A stretch of DNA of 48,607 nt from a virus (Duplodnaviria > Caudoviricetes): positions 1-48,607 of IMG/VR virus record IMGVR_UViG_3300025390_000012. One strand, given 5' to 3'. The notes under the pieces were generated by a model, which saw only the letters and a list, made by a program, of their open reading frames with translations, was not told the origin of the DNA and ran no database searches. The translations under genes and the position numbers were made by a program. Shown here in pieces: positions 45,933 to 48,607 of the stretch (within the stretch, counting starts at the first letter, position 1; every line of letters starts with the position of its first letter).

Positions 45933-46375
45933 TAGATTGCTCCTGTTTCTTTCATTACCTTTGCGCTTTGCTTGGTAATCTTTGCTGCTGCTGGCATAGT
46001 GCCTGCATCAAATGCTGTGCCTAGTTTGTCGCTGGCTTCTTTAGCCTCTGCTACAGCCTTCATGGTTGTACCTGCAGGTTGGATGCCTTGTGAACGAGCA
46101 TCTGCATAAGCATCTAGTTCTGCATTCCACTTCTTGGTTGACATGCCTTTATTGCTTGCGGCATCACCTGTGGAAAGTTCTAGCGTCTTGGCCTTGCAGC
46201 CAAAGCAGCCATCTACATATTCTGTATGTTTGGAATGTTCAGATGGTTCTTCTTCGTACTTGGGAATTTCTGTAAATACATCGTCGCACTTGGTGCAACC
46301 GTACTTGATTGGTACTGAGTCGTAATTAGCGTCTAAGCCCCAGTCAAGGATTTTTACTGTGTGTTGATGTGGCAT
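45932..46375 (-). CDS. Hypothetical protein with CxxC motifs (allele B)
   Basis: C-terminus homologous to 4099..4431; different N-terminus. Confidence 0.75.
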   Translation of the reverse strand: MPHQHTVKILDWGLDANYDSVPIKYGCTKCDDVFTEIPKYEEEPSEHSKHTEYVDGCFGCKAKTLELSTGDAASNKGMSTKKWNAELDAYADARSQGIQPAGTTMKAVAEAKEASDKLGTAFDAGTMPAAAKITKQSAKVMKETGAI

Positions 46376-47420
46376 TCTTCACCTGTCTAAAGAAGTTAAG
46401 GTTGCGTTGGATACGCTCTGTTTCTTCGCCATTGCCCTTTACGGCTTGCTCGGCAAAGACTATTGCTTCGTCAATATGCTTGAGGTTGTAAGCAGCGATT
46501 GATGCAAGGTCATAGGCTTTCCAGTCCCATACCGCTGATTCGTAGCAGTAATGGACGGAGCGAGGACGTTCCAAAGCGTTAATAGAAGCATCTAAACACC
46601 TTGTCCAATCCTCACGACGATATGCGTCAATTGCTACGCCATACCACGATTCGCCTTCACGGGGAAGAAGTTGTACGCCTTTGTCATACCAAGCGGTGGC
46701 TTGTTCATGCAAGCCCAGTTGGTGGCAAGCCTCACCTGCCCATCGGCAGACAGCGGCTTGTTCTACATCCCAACCATTGAGCGGTATTTGTTTCTCCGCT
46801 GAGTCAATAACATCTTGCCATCTATGGTGGAAGTAATACTCACGAGTCATATATGTCCACATGCGTGGATCTTGAGGATTTTCTTTGACTGCCATTTCTA
46901 GCAGCGTTAGATATTGTCCTCTGGATTTACTATTGTCTGGTAGGTGTTGGATGACGGCATTGCGGATATCGCAATCTCGTGTACTGCCTTCCCCGTACCA
47001 CAATTGCACTTCGTGGCATGGATATTTCCAGTACCAACCGAACCTTGAGTGAAGCCTGTCCCTCTCCCATTTTTGCCCAGTATCCATGCTGATCCAGCCA
47101 AGATGTGAACCTGGTATCCATTTTTTCCTGACCTTTTTGAAGAAAGTCGGTTCTGGCACTTCGTCCATATCCAAGATAAGACAGACATCGGCATCCTCTG
47201 GTACGAGTGATAAGGCTGTGTTACGAGCCACATCAAAGCGAAATGGGTTAAGGTGAATCTGATGAACAGTTACACCCAATGCTCGTAGCATATCTTGGCT
47301 ACCATCGGTAGATCCAGTATCTACTACTATGCGATAGTCGGCATCTTTCGTTGCCTCAACCCACCGTAGGATATGCTTAGATTCGTTCTTACATATTGAG
47401 TAGGTTGCTATCTTGACCAT
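46344..47420 (-). CDS. Glycosyltransferase family 2 with TPR-like repeats (allele B)
   Basis: VVDTGSTDGS, FDVARN and LDMDE motifs; homologous to 4415..5482. Confidence 0.88.
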   Translation of the reverse strand: MVKIATYSICKNESKHILRWVEATKDADYRIVVDTGSTDGSQDMLRALGVTVHQIHLNPFRFDVARNTALSLVPEDADVCLILDMDEVPEPTFFKKVRKKWIPGSHLGWISMDTGQKWERDRLHSRFGWYWKYPCHEVQLWYGEGSTRDCDIRNAVIQHLPDNSKSRGQYLTLLEMAVKENPQDPRMWTYMTREYYFHHRWQDVIDSAEKQIPLNGWDVEQAAVCRWAGEACHQLGLHEQATAWYDKGVQLLPREGESWYGVAIDAYRREDWTRCLDASINALERPRSVHYCYESAVWDWKAYDLASIAAYNLKHIDEAIVFAEQAVKGNGEETERIQRNLNFFRQVKNATSTHSKNP

Positions 47421-47432
47421 AGCGCAATCTTA

Positions 47433-48607
<1,175 letters not shown>

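Overview
Near-complete genome (unit length about 41.9-42.1 kb) of a tailed dsDNA phage, probably podovirus-like. The host is probably actinobacterial (WhiB gene, RLTRRGR membrane peptide, leaderless TANNNT promoter, TTGTCCACA-type DnaA box). The minus strand carries the packaging and structural genes (terminase, portal, internal virion proteins, scaffold, major capsid, collagen-like fibre, GT2-TPR glycosyltransferase, tail adaptor, fibre cassettes). The structural genes continue from the right end of the window into a tail nozzle and the lysis genes. A second minus-strand block encodes replication and recombination functions (split Cas4/RecB-like nuclease, DnaB-like helicase, resolvase, two-gene primase, sigma factor). 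A plus-strand block at 24.0-28.6 kb holds many tiny early genes, WhiB, a lytic transglycosylase and a collagen-galactosyltransferase-like GT. No DNA polymerase, integrase, tRNA, CRISPR array or reverse transcriptase was recognised. Positions 1-6726 recur as a diverged, mosaic second allele at 42070-48607, ending in an exact 127-bp match, which suggests two co-assembled strain variants. Strongest non-coding signals: a complete type II hammerhead ribozyme (24882-24937), six DnaA boxes plus a perfect CRP-type site in the central control region (23080-23960), and several structured-RNA candidates. All functional calls come from motif recognition only; no database searches were run.
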